A stretch of 64,000 bases of DNA from Phoronis australis. Its lineage: Eukaryota > Animalia > Phoronida. The translations under genes and the position numbers were made by a program. The notes under the pieces were generated by a model. It was given only the letters and a program-made list of their open reading frames with translations. It searched no databases and had not been told where the DNA came from. Below are positions 21,401 to 36,400 of the stretch, one piece after another. Position 1 is the first letter of the stretch; the number at the start of each line of letters is the position of its first letter. The stretch lies in contig NMRA01000324.1 of the NCBI GenBank assembly GCA_002633005.1, forward strand, positions 8,691-72,690, read 5' to 3'.

Positions 21401-24400
21401 GCTCAAAGGATGATTGCGAAAATTGTCATGTATGTTCTTACTGTGAAGTGGACGGCTGACGATGGTTTTCCGATGACTTCAACTACTGTGGCGCCTCCTA
21501 GTGGCAATTTTGTTTTTTTTTTTGCGCCTATGGCTGTATCTCCTAAACTGTTTGCAGGATCTTTACTAAATTTAGTAAGTGCATTTATATGATGTTAATA
21601 ACGCAGGATGACTACTATCAGACAGTTCTGACTACTGGTGTGCCACCTAGTGGCAATTTTATTTTTTTTTACGTTTACCTCTCTATCTTCAAAGGTCCTC
21701 AATGCATATTCATAAAATTTGGCATGCAGGCATCTGTTAATGAGATGACGCCAGCTCTCTATTTTCAGATGGATTCGACCTAGTTTGTGCCACCTAGTGG
21801 CCATTTTTACTGTTTTCGAGTCTGTTTTTTGGTGTCCACTCGTCTATCAACCAAACCGCTTTTAGGATAATTGTGAAAATTGGCATGTATGTTTTAATTA
21901 CGAAGTTGACGGCTGACGATGATTTTCCAACTGCGATTACTGTGGTGCCTCCTGTTGGCAGTTTTTTTTGCGCTCATGGCTGTATTCCTAAACCGTTTGA
22001 AGGATCTTTACTTGATTTAGCAAGTGTATTTATATGATGTTGACTACGAACAACGACGGCTTTCGGAAGGATCTGACCACTCGTGTACCCCTAGTGGCAA
22101 TTTTAGTTTTTTACGTTTACCTCTGTATCTTCAAAGGTCCAAAACAGATTTTCATAAAATTTTGAATATAGGCATCTATTGAAGAGATGACGCTTTGCCT
22201 CTATTTTTGGATGGAATCTAGGTATTTTGCGCCACCTAGTGGCATTTTTGCTGTTTTCAAACCCTGGTCAATCAAATCCTTCTAGGGATGGTTTTGAAAA
22301 TTGAAATGTTCTCAGTGTGAAAAGGATGTTTGAATGATGATGGTGACTGACTACTGTGGAGCCTCCTAGTGGTAGCTCTGTTTTGTTTTGCATCCATAGC
22401 TGTATTTGGATGGATTGTACATTTTTGCACCATCTATGGGCCATTTTTATGATACAAATAAATAACCCTAAAAGCATACCATTTGCGATGCATTCGTGGG
22501 CACATTTCAATGCTCCGCGCTGCTCTTGTTATGAAAAACCTTGATTACTCTGAAAATCACTGAGCTTGATCATGCTACTTGAAGCAGTGTTACAAGGAAT
22601 GACTCATGAGCTCTGAAAATTTGTTTCAGGACCGAGCCAAAGACATCATGGCACCCTGAATATGCCGAGTACATGATTGAAGGGACACCAGGCAAGCCTT
22701 ACGGGGGCCTCATTGCCCACTACAACATGGTGGAGGCAAATATGAAGGCAAGGTAAGAAAGTAGTGAAGTGTGCTTGTGTACTCAGTACATGATTGAAGG
22801 GGTGTTGGTCAGTCTTGGGGTGGGAGACTCATAAGTACATGATTGAAGGGGTGTTGGTCAGCCTTGGGGTGGGAGTTTCATAATCCATTCAACGTCTGTT
22901 GGAGACAAACTTAAAGTCTGTGTGATTAATATTGGTCTGCCTTAGGATATTGTGGAGGGGGCAGTATGGCCTAGTGGGATACAGCAGGTGCCTACTTTCT
23001 TTACTCGAGGTCGTGGGTTTGAGTCCCACTGGGTCACACTGCTAGACTCTGTAGTCAGGTCTCTAGCTCCTCAGCTCAGTTTTAACTAATATATTAATAA
23101 AGCATAAAAATGGTTCCAGGTGATCAGTGCAATGGTCCCACATGTGAGGCCTGCGCACGTCTGGTACAACATTACAACATGTACCAGATGGCCTACAATT
23201 ATTTGTTTGATGACATCATGTCTCTTCGAGTATACCGAGTATACCGAGTTCTACCCTTTGTGCAAACTGTTAACTGAATATACATGTGTGTATTGTGGCG
23301 ATAGTGTTCATACAGCTAGCTGGCTGGATCTGTGAGTACATGAGTACATGATTGAAGGGATGCTGGGAACAATGTGTGCCTAAAGATTTTTTTGTTTTTG
23401 TATAACAGGATACAGGCAACTTTTGATTTCATCTTTCTTCCACATTATTGACCCTGTGCTGCTTGTTACGAATTCAAATGAAAAACAAATTTGAAGTATT
23501 TTTGATTATTGATGTTCAATGTATTCTGAAATTCCATTGCAAATAACCTTCATTTCAAGTTTCGAAATTTTTAGCGATTTCTGATGAACTGTGCTTTGCC
23601 AAGTTATGCGTTAGTTATTGTAATTGCCTTATGCATTGTCTGTAGCTGTCTTAATCAGACCTAAGTGTCCAATCTTAAGCCTGACTAATCAAAAGTGTTG
23701 ATAAGTGAACGACATCTAACCTATTAAAGCTATGTGAAGATAGAACTGATACAAGACCAGAGGTGGTATATCAATGTAGGAATACCAGTGTTTACCCTGA
23801 ACTATCTGTGTGATATATGCACATTCTCATGTGCATTTTTTGTAGTGTTAAGTTGATGTAATATATATATTGTATTGCTCAATAATTTCCATGGAGTATT
23901 GATTGTGGCATTGTCTCTTTGAACTGTAAAGCCATGTTGTGAAAGTTCTTTTCACAATGTCACACAGTAAAAGTACTGATCCACTGTTGTTCACAGCGTT
24001 GCACAATGACCGATTTGAATAGGTATCTTCCCATTTTTATGTGCCCACATATTTATATGTGGACGCATTATGCTGTCATCTCCGTCCGTCCGGCATCCGC
24101 TGCTCTATCTCCAAAACCCTTTGACGTACATTCATGAAATTGTGCACATATGTTTCTATCGTAGAAGGGACAGCATGAGCAAACTTTCGGACGGATCCGA
24201 CTACTGGTGTGCCCCCTAGTGGCAATTTTATTTTTTTTTACGCTTACCTCTATACATTCAAAGGTCCTCAACATATTTTCGTAAAATTTGGAATATAGGC
24301 ACCTATTAGTGAGATGATGCTATCCTCCCATTTTCGTGTGGATTCGACGTAGTTTGCGCCACCTAGTGGCCACTTTTGCTGTTTTTGACCCTGTTTTTTG

Positions 24401-27400
24401 GCGTCCACCCCTCTATCAACCAAACCACTCTAAGGATGGGATGTATGTTTTTATTATGAAGAGGACCACTGACGATGATTTTCCAACAATTTTGACTACT
24501 GTGTCGCCTCCTAGTGGCAGTTTTGTCTCTTTTTGCGCCCATGGCTGTATCTCCTAAACAGTTGGCAGGATCTTTACTAAATTCTGCAAGTGTATTTATA
24601 TGATGTTGACAATGGATGACGACGACTTTCGAACAGATCTGACTACCATTGTGCCACCTATTGGCAATTTATTTTTTTTACATTTACTTCTGTATCTTCA
24701 AAGGTCCTCAACGTATTTTCATAAAATTTGAAATATAGGCACCTATTAGTGAGATGAAGCCATCCTTCCATTTTTGGATGGATTTGATATAGTTTGCACC
24801 ACCTAGTGGCCATTTTAACTGTTTTTTAGTCTGTTTTTGGCGTCCACCCCTCTATCAACCAAACCGCACTAAGGATGATTGTGAAAATTGGCATGTTTCT
24901 TACTACGAAGCTGACGATGATTTTCCAATGACTTCGACTGCTGTGGCACCTCCTAGTGGCAGTTTTGTTTTGTTTTGCACCCATAGTTGCATCTCCTAAA
25001 CTCACTGCAGGATCTTTAGTAAACTTAGTAATTGTATTTATATGACGCTAACAACAGATGACGACATAATTCAGGTGGATCCAATGAAGGCTGTGTCCTA
25101 TAGTGGCAATTTCATTTTTTTGTTTCCTTTGTTTCTCTGAAGTTCCTTGACAGATTTTTTGAAATTTGGTAAATAGCTGTCTGATAAAGAAGCGATAGCA
25201 TGTGCCCATTTTCAGATGGGTTGGACGTTTTTTCGCCCTCTGGTGGCTATTTTTATGAAACAAATAAACAAACCTTAGAAGCATTCCATTTGCGGTGCAT
25301 TCGTGGGCGCATTTCAACGCTCCGTGTTGGTCTTATGAGTGCATGGGATCAAATATGCTCACTATGTCGTATTGAACCCGACTGCTTAACTTCATTTTCA
25401 TTTCTTTTTTCATTGGTCAATATATCTTATTTCTCTACCAAAAACTATGAATATTTCTCATCAGTTGGGATTACAATAGCCAATTGACAACATTGCCTGG
25501 ACTTTCGGGACTGGGTTCTGTTGTTTGGGGTTTGTGGCGACATTCTTTTGTGACTATTTTAAAAACTGCGGAGTATAAAAACTAGAAATGTCATTGAAAA
25601 TTCAACTTTTGCAGTGTTTGAATGGTAAAAATCCGTTGACTACAACAGACAAAAATCTAATTTAAACACAGCTGCTGTTCCTTTGTTGATATGTTCCAAC
25701 CTCTATTGTGCAACACAACAGGTTGACTGACTTGCGTAAACCACTGCACAATACAGGGCTTATATGCAATCAAAATGCAGTGGAATTTGATTGGTGGAGC
25801 ACACCATAAGTGGCTCTTCATCCTCCTTCCACTTTTGATTTACTTAGTGAAAGGTTTACCAATGAATCAGACACAAAATGTTGGCTTGCTGCAAGGATCC
25901 AATAAACACTCGTTTATTGGGTCCTAGCACAATACTATAGCAGCATCCGGTGTGTTGGCCATTAAGCCATTGTTTTACCAGCTTACTAATCAAATAAAAT
26001 GTCCGTTATAATCCATGAATGTCAGGCCTCAAGTGCTGTAATTGTGTTATTGATTTGGCGTAGGTCAATGGAATTGTCTACATCATTGTGTAATCCTATT
26101 ATTTTACTTTTAGAAAAGTGGCTAGGGGCACAACTCGCAGTTAGTTAGCTTTTCTAAAAGAAGCATGGTTGTAAAATTCATATTTCATTTGTTTTTTTGT
26201 CCATGACAGAAATACAATATCTTTTGCTTGGTCTGGACTTTTATCACGAGCCACGATATGACTGTAAAGTGTCAGTTTTGAGCAGTGCTCCAGTTATGTA
26301 TGCCACATAACCCCACAAATAAGCTCATGCGCCTATGTGTGGAACAATGTGATTTTCCACAAGATTTTTCTACACAAATGTCCCTCACATAGACGCATCT
26401 GCCTAAGTTCCTCAATTAGGTTCTGATTATAGGCACACATTTATTGTTTAAAAAATACACTACTGGACCATTTTGTTTCACACACCACGTGGCGTCGCTT
26501 GCACTCTGAGTGAAATACAAAGGTGTGCAGTTTCACCCTTAGATGCATACACTCAGTGTCAGGGCTGTGCGATAATAAAATCTGAATTAATTTATAAGAC
26601 TTGGGTCATTTACTTTCATGGTCCTGAAACAATCCCCTGTTTAGTCTCTTCAAATTGGTCTTGTAACATTCCTTAGGGCGATAAGATTCTATTTGTGGCT
26701 TCAGTGGTAGAGGTCACGCCCTCCTTTTGCCTTCTTCTCACACCTTTGTCTGTACACTGATTCAATTATTTGCAATAGTGGGAGACGAATGTTTTTGACT
26801 GTCACATCAAATTAGTACACCGTGGGTGGGTGTAAAGCCACTGATCCTACATCACGCCAGTGTGGGTCATGTCAGTTGTGATCATCATAATAAATGTATT
26901 ACTTCTATTCAGGAGAGAAGAGGCCCTGTCTTTGCTAAAGGAGCCAGGTGAAACATTACTCAGCCTGACAGCTTTTCCCAGGTGAGATTGCCAATGTGAG
27001 GCTTTTGATCATTTACTTTTGACCATGCACATTTGATCATGCACTTATGATCATGCACTTTCGACCATGTACTTGTGATCATGCACTTTTGATCATGCAC
27101 TTTTGATCATGCATTTTTGATCATGCACTTTTGATCATGCACTTTTGACCATGCTCTTTTGATCATGCAATTTTGACCATGCTCTTTTGACCATGCACTT
27201 TTGACCATGCTTTTTTGACCATGCACTTTTGACCATGCACTTTTGACCATGCACTTTTGACCATGCACTTTTGATCATGCTTTTTCGATCAGGCACTTTT
27301 CTGGCACTTGTCTACTTGTCCAATCAGTTGTTGACTGTGTTTATTTTAAGTGTGTAAACTGATGCTGCATTCTGTAAACCAATGCTGCAGATCAGAGTGC

Positions 27401-30400
27401 TAATTCACAAGGCACACACATTACCTGTCGTTTTGCCAATTTTGCAAGTATACTTCAAAACAGAAAGTTGATACTATTTTGTTTTTCAATTTGATTTAAA
27501 CCAAAGCTTTCAAGTTCTTGCCACAGGTTTCTTCATCTTTTCAAATGCCATCATGCAAACATTTTGGTGAACCCTCCATTTTCTACACCAATTTCAAGGA
27601 ATGGAACTGTCAATCAAACCATTTATGAGAAATAAGAGTTCTCTCTCAAGCTTCGAAACCAACTTTAGACAATTTTTATTTCATAAACTTGCAAACAAAG
27701 AATTTAAAGTCTTCTTATATAATATTTCTAACCTCTTCACGCTATGTTATTGTGTTCCAATTCTGAATATGTCCTGGTCTCATTTTTTGTTTATGTGATT
27801 AAAATTTTTATTTACTTATTTATGTATCTATGGTTTGACAAATTATTCTGTTATTAGACTTACTACAGAGGACAAACTACTTCTTTGTGTCATCCCAAAC
27901 ATTGAATTACTATTTTTTAGTTAACTTTTCTCTTATTTTTGTCTCTATTGTTCTCTGTGCAGTGTTATATAATTATATTTATTGTGTTGTGTTTAGTTGT
28001 ATTATATTGCTCTTGTGGTCAGTTGGTGTTAAATCAATCAATTGGTTTTTGCTTCTAGAACTTGAGTCAACAACATGGTTTTGACATTTAGACTAAAGAT
28101 GATTCTGGTGTCAATTTGAGTTTTCCTTCAATGTATTTGTTTGTAAACCATTTGACTGTTAATGTCAATATGTGATGTTTTGTTTATAATAATCCTTGGC
28201 CTGCTTCTGTTTAGACTTGGTTGTCCCAACTTTACCTATCCAGAGTACAAGCCAACACCACAAGGTGGAGCTAGTAGGTCACTGTTTTTCCCTGATGAGG
28301 CTATTCACAAAGGTCACCCTAGGTTCAAGTGAGTCTTCCCACATTTAATTAATGTGTGGTTCACAATACTTTCGGTAGTTTCTGGAAACGTGTCATCTTG
28401 AAACATTGTCTTCCTTAATCAAATTTTCTCATAAATGCTATCTTTTTTCAAATTGTTTAAACAGGTTGTAAACCAAGTGGCTACATTACGTTTTTCTTGC
28501 TCGAGGAAATTTTACTGATACAGAAATATTGAGTTTTGTTGCACTTAACTTAGTCACTGTAAGTCTTCAGTAATACGTTTTTAAATGCATGCGCATTACA
28601 TTAGTTTGTTAATTTTTTGTAACAATTAATGTGGTTGACATTTTCATGTTATGAATTTTGCCTGTGATTTCGCATGCTTGTCACATGCACAATATGATAC
28701 TTGTTTTGTTTTGTCTTTGTGTTTAATAGGACTTTAACTAGAAACATTAGGCATCGCAAGGGTTCTAAAGTGGCCATTAATTACCCAAGTAAGTTTGTTG
28801 CGAATCCTTTAATGTCATTCTTGAATGTTTAGTTTTGGTGTTCTCATTTATGTGGAGATTTAGAGTGAGTCGGTCCTTCACCTTTGTTAGAAAGTGAATG
28901 AATACATTTAGAGTGAGTCAGTCCTTCATTTCTTTGCTGGAAAGTGTACGAATACATTTGTAGTGAGTCGGTCCTTCACTTCTTTGCTGGAAAGTGTATG
29001 AATACATTTGTAGTGAGTTGGCCCTTTACCTCTGTGTTGAAAGATGAATGAATATATAATATATGGTGCGGTAGCCCTTCACCTCTGGTGGAAGGTGATT
29101 GAATTCATTTATAATGAATGGGTTCTTCATTTCTTCCTTATATAATTTTGAAACAATTAAATAAACTCCGAACATCCTTCAGCAAAATTGTAAACATACC
29201 ATATGCTGTGTTCCTATAAAGATCTCGTGTGTCTGCCTGTGTCTTCTCAAAACACATTTCTGTCTTGGAAATACTACGTAAGCACTCCTAAAAAAATTTT
29301 GTAAAAAATATCAAAGTATGTGTTGAATCTCGATGCAGATTAGAAAAATGGATTTAATTTGATTTTCAAACTTTAAGCTGCATTTCGCTGCGTTTTGTTG
29401 GCTAACAATTAAATTAATGATAGACGTGGGTGGTATGAATTAGTAGTATCATGCATGTGTAAGCTTGTTAAATATTTGTTGAACTTATTCAAAATGGGTA
29501 GTAATAGATCACCAAAGCAATCAGGAAAATTTGTGTACTTGTCTAAGGGTGAAAAAATTATTTACTGGTTTTGGGTATGTATGGCTATGCCAGCCAGTCT
29601 GTGATGAACTGATGTTTTTATGCATGAGTTAAAGCAAACATTGAAAGATTTAAGTTTTCAAGAATGGTTGCAGGCTATCAGAAGCATGGAGAAGTGTAAT
29701 TTCTATTGTTTAATGAAATCAGAGCTGCTTTGTGAGAAACGCTTGTCCGGAAATTTGCCACTTGGTCAAGTTCTTGTCATAGGGAACATAAGGTGTTCAA
29801 CCCATCAACTTAATGTTGAACTAGGCTGATGAAGTGGTATAAAACCCCATGATCAAAGATTGTGTTCTATTTTTAACCATGGAGTCTCAGATTAGAAACC
29901 GAGAGTCATTTTTGTTTTGATGTCAAGTTTTAACGAATCTGAGATGTAGTTACTTGAAACAGAAATCTATTATAAGCAATGGTTTACAGATGTTCATTAA
30001 TATGGAACACCGAAAGAAAAACCTAGCAAACTTTATTATCAAAGCATAAGATATGAAGTGATTAATTTATGTCTGTGTATACACCTGTCATGTAAAATAC
30101 CGTCACCATACAATGTCTTGTGGGCCATTGTCTTGTAGGCCAATGTCATGTAGGCCAATGTCTTGTGGGCCAATGTCTTGTAGACTAATGTCTTGTGGGC
30201 TAATGTTATGTGGGCCAATGTCATGTGGACCAATTTCATGTAGGCCAATGTGATGTGGGCCAATTTCATGTAGGCCAATGTGATGTGTTCCAATGTCTTG
30301 TGGGCCATTGTCTTGTGGGCCAATGTCATGTGGGCCAATGTCATGTGGGCCAATTTCATGTAGGCCAATGTGATGTGTTTCAATGTCTTGTGGGCCATTG

Positions 30401-33400
30401 TCTTGTGGGCCAATGTCATGTGGGCCAATGTCATGTGGGCCAATGTCATATGGGCCAATGTCTTGTAGGCTAATGTCTTGTGGCCAATTATTATTGGCCA
30501 ACCCCTGAGGCAATTTCTTGAGTCGGTAATGGTTTTGATGTTGTTATTGGCAACGGAAATAAAATCTTATCATGGTACGCAATCTTATGTGAGACAGATT
30601 GTGTAAAAGGCCTCATTTAACATTCGTTTTTAGCCAGGTTAACAGGGGGGAATGCAACTTTAATGAAGGACATCAGGTTTGAATACCTATATCTTCAAAA
30701 TCAATTTTTAGTTGTCACAAATAATTGCCCCAGGCCTATGTTTGAACTTTAAAGTCACTAGTACACTGACAGCGAGGAAAAGAGGGTGTGAACATAATGC
30801 ACTGACTGTGAGCTTCTTATGAAATAGATACATGATAAAAATGCAAACATTTGTTTAGGCTTACTGGTTACATGCTATAAAACACTTACTGCTGAGGTTC
30901 GGTATATGCCAAAAGTAATGGTCACAACAACCTATTCCTTTAGTAGGGAATGACTAGTGTTTGCTTCAAATTTCTAACTTTCTTTGATTGCTTTTGGTAT
31001 GTACTATGAATAGAACAAGCCCCAATGGGGTAGGCTTTGGCTTGTACTATGAATATTACNGCACTTATGATCATGCACTTTCGACCATGTACTTGTGATC
31101 ATGCACTTTTGATCGTGCACTTTTACCATGCACTTTTGATCATGCACTTTTGATCATGCATTTTTGATCATACACTTTTGACCATGTACATTTAATCATG
31201 CACTTTTGACCATGCTCTTTTAATCATGCACTTTTGACCATGCTCTTTTGATCATTCTCTTTTGATCATACACTTTTGACCATGCTATAAACCGGGTCAC
31301 TTTGTTTTAATATTTAAAGACATTTCCTTAAGTGTTGCAGGCTACCTCTTGCATATTAAATTGTTTTTGTATGTGTTTGTCCATACCTGGTACTTTTCAT
31401 TGGTATTTATAATGGATAAGTCATATTTCACTCTCAAAATAGTTTAGAAGTATCCTGAACTTTACTTAAATGTTGCACGCATTGGCGCTTCTGCTTTAAC
31501 ATGCGCTTGTGAAGTTACAGTATATGTTTCACTCTCTCCCAACTGCTCTTTACCAGTTTTCAAAGACAAAAACACGCCATCACCATTTGTTGAAGACTTC
31601 TCCGAACTCGGTGATGACGGTGAAGGAGACACCGCCCGGCTGCCTGACCACATCTATTTGGACTGCATGGGCTTCGGCATGGGTTGCTCCTGTCTGCAAA
31701 TGACATTCCAGGCTGTGAACATTGATGAGGCAAGACACTTGTATGACCAGCTAACGCCCCTGACACCCATACTGGTAAGTTGTACAGGGCAGTTCCCTGA
31801 CAATGTTCTGTAGATGGGAGAGTGTTGCAAAAAAGCAAGGTCACATAAGGCCTTGCAAAATCACGCGAGTGGAAGGCGAATATACTTGAGACTATACTAG
31901 AGTAACCCAGAAAATGTCGTCCACTGAAGTGATTGGTTGGTGAGGGTGATGTTTGATTATGTGGCAGAACTCACTGTCTCTGTTGCATGACTGAAGATTA
32001 CCTACAGCAGGAGCTGGCTAATGTCTTTGGTCTGTGAAACGCAGTTGTGGTACAATATGACTGGTCTCTGATTTTGACAGCAAAATTAAGTACTAAGAAA
32101 GTTTGTTTCGTTATTTTTATGTTTTGCAACAACTATGAAATTTTTAACTTGTAACAACATATCAATAAATTATGATAAAAAGCAATTTTCATAAAAATTT
32201 GTATTACCATGGAGAACACCAGCAGAATCTTTGTCAGGTGGCATTTACGAAAAACTTTTTATCAGCTCATTTGAAAGAATGTGTAAATTTAACTTGGTTT
32301 GTATCATTAATGGTTTTCATTTTCAGCTGTATAAATGAAATGTGTTGTTGTTCTTAATGTGTACAGGCTCCAATACCAGATTACTGGCCTGGGTTTAAGC
32401 TTGGCTCGTGTATGTCTCATTAATTTCTCTGCACTAAAGATCAGAGTTTATGCAATGCCATCAATCATTTTGATATTCAGTTGATTTGACGTTCTGCCAT
32501 AGAAAGCAAGCTTGAAGGAACACATATTCCTATGTTTTGTATAACTAACCTCAAGAACATCACTTGGCATCTGGCTCCATCTATTGAAGGCTTACTATTT
32601 ACATGTTTTATTAGGTCAAGTTGAACTTGCAATCATCAAACTCAAATAATTAAAGTAAATGTTAATGGATTTAATTCACATTGTAACGATGACGGTTTAA
32701 ACATAAGTTCTCCCTTGTAACTGTAGATGGCGCTGAGTGCTGCCTCCCCTATCTACCGAGGGTACTTGTCCGATAAGGACTGTAGGTGGGGGGTGATCTC
32801 TGCATCCGTAGACGACAGGACGAGGGAAGAAAGAGGGTTGGAGGTAATGTAGTGTGTAGTTGCAGTTACAGGTCATGTGATCTACGTTTTTGTAGTGGTT
32901 GAATGTAGGGTGATTGAGATACTGCGGCTTGAAAAAAATTCCCAAAACGACTTGTCCTTTCATTTTTTTACACTAATTGTGAAAATATTTAATCAGGTTC
33001 CTGGAAAAATCTGATCTGTAATTATTGTTAGCGAATGCAAGAACACCCACCTTTGAGGGTGTATGTCCCCATATGAAAGACTATGATTCATGGTGATGTA
33101 TAACATAAAATTTGGTTTAGTTTTGATTTTATCTACCTTCAATAATTTTCTACGAGACTTGGCATCAAAATGTACACTAATCCAACCATTGGTTTTGTAG
33201 CCTCTGAAGAAGAACAAGTTTGTGATCAGTAAGTCTCGCTATGACTCCATTGATAGTTATCTGTCTCCGGCTGGCTGTGTGTATAACGACATAGACCTGA
33301 CTTATGACAAAGACATCTTTGAAACACTAATTAACGCAGGTGAGTTAGTTGAGCTGCAGTTGATGTCATAAATTACTTGATGTAGTAATTATGGAATGTC

Positions 33401-36400
33401 TGTACTGTGGTCTCTTGTTTGGCTTTACGCCAATTCTGCATTGTTCTGTTGTCATGGATATTCTTATGATCATTATAACCGTGTACCTAATGATTATGGA
33501 ACTATTTGTTTTATTTTTACTAATGTCCATATTTTCCATTAGTACGATTAATTTCCATGCCGAAGTGTGTTGTTTAACATATTTTAAGTATTATAAAATC
33601 ACAACTTTGCAGTCTTAACAAGCATTGGTGTTGAGATCAAGAGGCCTGTGTCATGACCAGAACTCCACAGTGACGCTTGTTGACTTGTCCCAGTTTCCAA
33701 AATCTGGTTTATAACCCACTGGTAGAATTTATGATTAAAATTGACTAGCTGTTAGCAGCTAGTGGGAAACGCCGAGGGGAAATAGCTACACCTAAGAGTG
33801 AACCGATCAAGTGTTCATCGCAAAAGACAGGTCTTTTTGAAGAGACCATGTTCAAAGCTTCAAGCAGAATTTCTGTCACCTGTCAGATTTTAGTAGGCAA
33901 TTAAGGTGTGCGGCTGTGGTATTCTTCCCCTAGGCAGTACAAATTTTTTCCAGAACATTTGACTCTGCCGTAACACAAAGTGCGGTAATCAGATATTCTT
34001 CAGTTTAAAGAGAAAACTAAGAATGCATTTAAAATATTGTATAGTACACAAAGTATATAGATGTCAGTGGCGGATTTAGAGGGGGGCCAATGGGGCCATG
34101 GCCCCCATAAAATTCTCCCAGCTTCCATTTGGCAGTTCGGTGGTGCGAATGTCTCAGTGAAGGGCAAAATTCTGGCTAATACTCTATTTGCTGTGCCCCC
34201 CAACTCAAATTCCTGGATCCGCCCCTGGATGTATTTACAAAAGTTGCATCATAAATGTACATACCGGGTGCTCATCTCGTCACCTTGTCGTGAAACTTAG
34301 AGCTAACAAACTGCAGGGGTGCATGCAAAATCTGGGAATGAATCGACATTCACAGTGCCCGTTACAGCCGTTTATAGAAGTGAACAAAATCTAATAAACG
34401 TTATTTTTCGTAATTCTCCGCCTTTTGTAACAAAGGAAAATCCTATCTGCTGTCATTTTGAAAACAGTGCAATCTCGTGACACGCACACATACGCACCAT
34501 TTCCCAAAACTTTGCGATATCTCTAGAGAGTATTTTCTGAAATTGTTTTTTTTTTGGTATTAAAATAGTAAAAACTTGTATGAATGAAACCACTTCCGAT
34601 TGTTATGACATGTACTCAACCTCCACAGTTGATTGAAGAACATGGAAATTGGCCCGATAAGTGATGCAATGACGCCCAAAGAGCGCATCGCAATTTTAGC
34701 AGCAGAATAACTGAAGAATGCCAATTTTCCAACACCCAGTGAAATTTAAATGAATAAGCGCCTCATGAGGGTTTAGAAGTAACCTTTCCTGCTGAGTTGC
34801 CTTTAAATGATGAGTCATGTTGACATTGTGGTGTACTAAGCTAGTATGATTTATATCCAACTAATAAAAACTCGTGGTGTGGAAATAAATAAATAGTACT
34901 GGATATGTCTATTTTGAGGTGGATCCAGTTCAGTAGCTGTCTTACGGCTTGAAAAATCTAGTCCAAGATCCCATTTAAACTACACGGTAATATCTTGCGT
35001 GATCTTGTGAAGTCGTTCTTTTCTTGCGAGGTCCTAGCAGCGAGGCTGCGGTGTTGATAGCCGGTTGTATGGCCTGGCAAGACGACTGTGTAATCAGCAG
35101 TTGGTTGGAGTGGTTAGTCGAAGGACATTGTCTGACTTGATGATGTGGAAAGCCGAGTATCTATGGGTCTGCCTCGAGTGTGACGACGCTGGTTTTGCAC
35201 CCAAGTAGTACTACTACCCAAGTAGTAGCGAAGTCTTAGGGAGGTCCTAGCTAGGTCCTAGCGTTTTTGAACTCCACCATGTTGATCAACTGTCTTTCAC
35301 TATCCAAGTCAAATGTATATTGTTTATCATTTAGGGATTGACAAGTTGCTAGCCCAGCACATAGCCCATCTATTTATCAGGGACCCAGTGTCATTGTTCA
35401 GTGAGAAAATCAATCAAAATGACCAGGAGGACTTGGACCACTTTGAGGTACGTACTCCCTGCCTTGTATGCACATTAGGCGCTGCATCTCAGCTATGCTT
35501 TTTACCAGTTGTGATTTCAGTTGGCAATTACCACAGCTCTGGGACTTTAATAACCATCTTCTTTTGTTTGGGGATTAGGGAAGAAACAGAGATGGCTGTC
35601 AGCAATAGCTTCTACCTGTTTGTGGCAACATTTTTCCTGACCGTTTTAGTGAATCTGCAGCTTTCTAGCTGTTACTTTTTCTCCTGAAAAATTGATTTCT
35701 TCTGTAAATTATAGGATAATCATGAGAAAGAAAACTTGTCCTGAAAGCACGTGGTGTATTATATCTATATTGTATTGCTTTCTTATTACATGTTGTATTG
35801 CTTTCTTATTGTATGTTTTATTGCTTTCTTGTTATATGAGTGATTACATTATTTTGTGTGCAGAAGTGTACTGCGTAAATTTTATTTCTAGAACATTCAG
35901 TCGACCAACTGGCAAACGATGAGGTTTAAGATACCCCCGCCTGGTAGTGATATAGGATGGAGGGTGGAGTTCAGGCCAACAGAGGTAAAATGACTGGATT
36001 TAGCATGAGATTGTAGTTCTTGGTTGTCGGGTGATGCATTTAACATTTCTAATAACAGTGATTATTCAAAAAGTTGATTTCAAGTGAAATAGCAAGAACA
36101 GAACACACTGTTGCCCATTTGTTGAATGTCAGTTTAATGGTGACCAGTTCATAGACACTTTTAGACCAACTTCATTCTTTATACTGTGATGAACCTTATG
36201 TTTACTTTGCAGTTGCGTGATGATGTTATTCACTGGTTAGAGCAACAGTTGTGAAGTAATAATCCAGAAGTGTGTATTTGTTCTGATAATAAATATCAAA
36301 TGTTATAGTGGTTGAATAGTTAACATCAAGAATATCATCAAACAATAACACAATCGTCATATGATTGACAGCTATGCCTGCAAATAATACTGGTGATACT

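Noticed and set aside
30039-30513. Pentapeptide-repeat ORFs (LAHMT, IGPHD, VGQCH)
   Set aside because: Translations of an intronic 15-bp minisatellite that is open in several frames; no splice or homology support.
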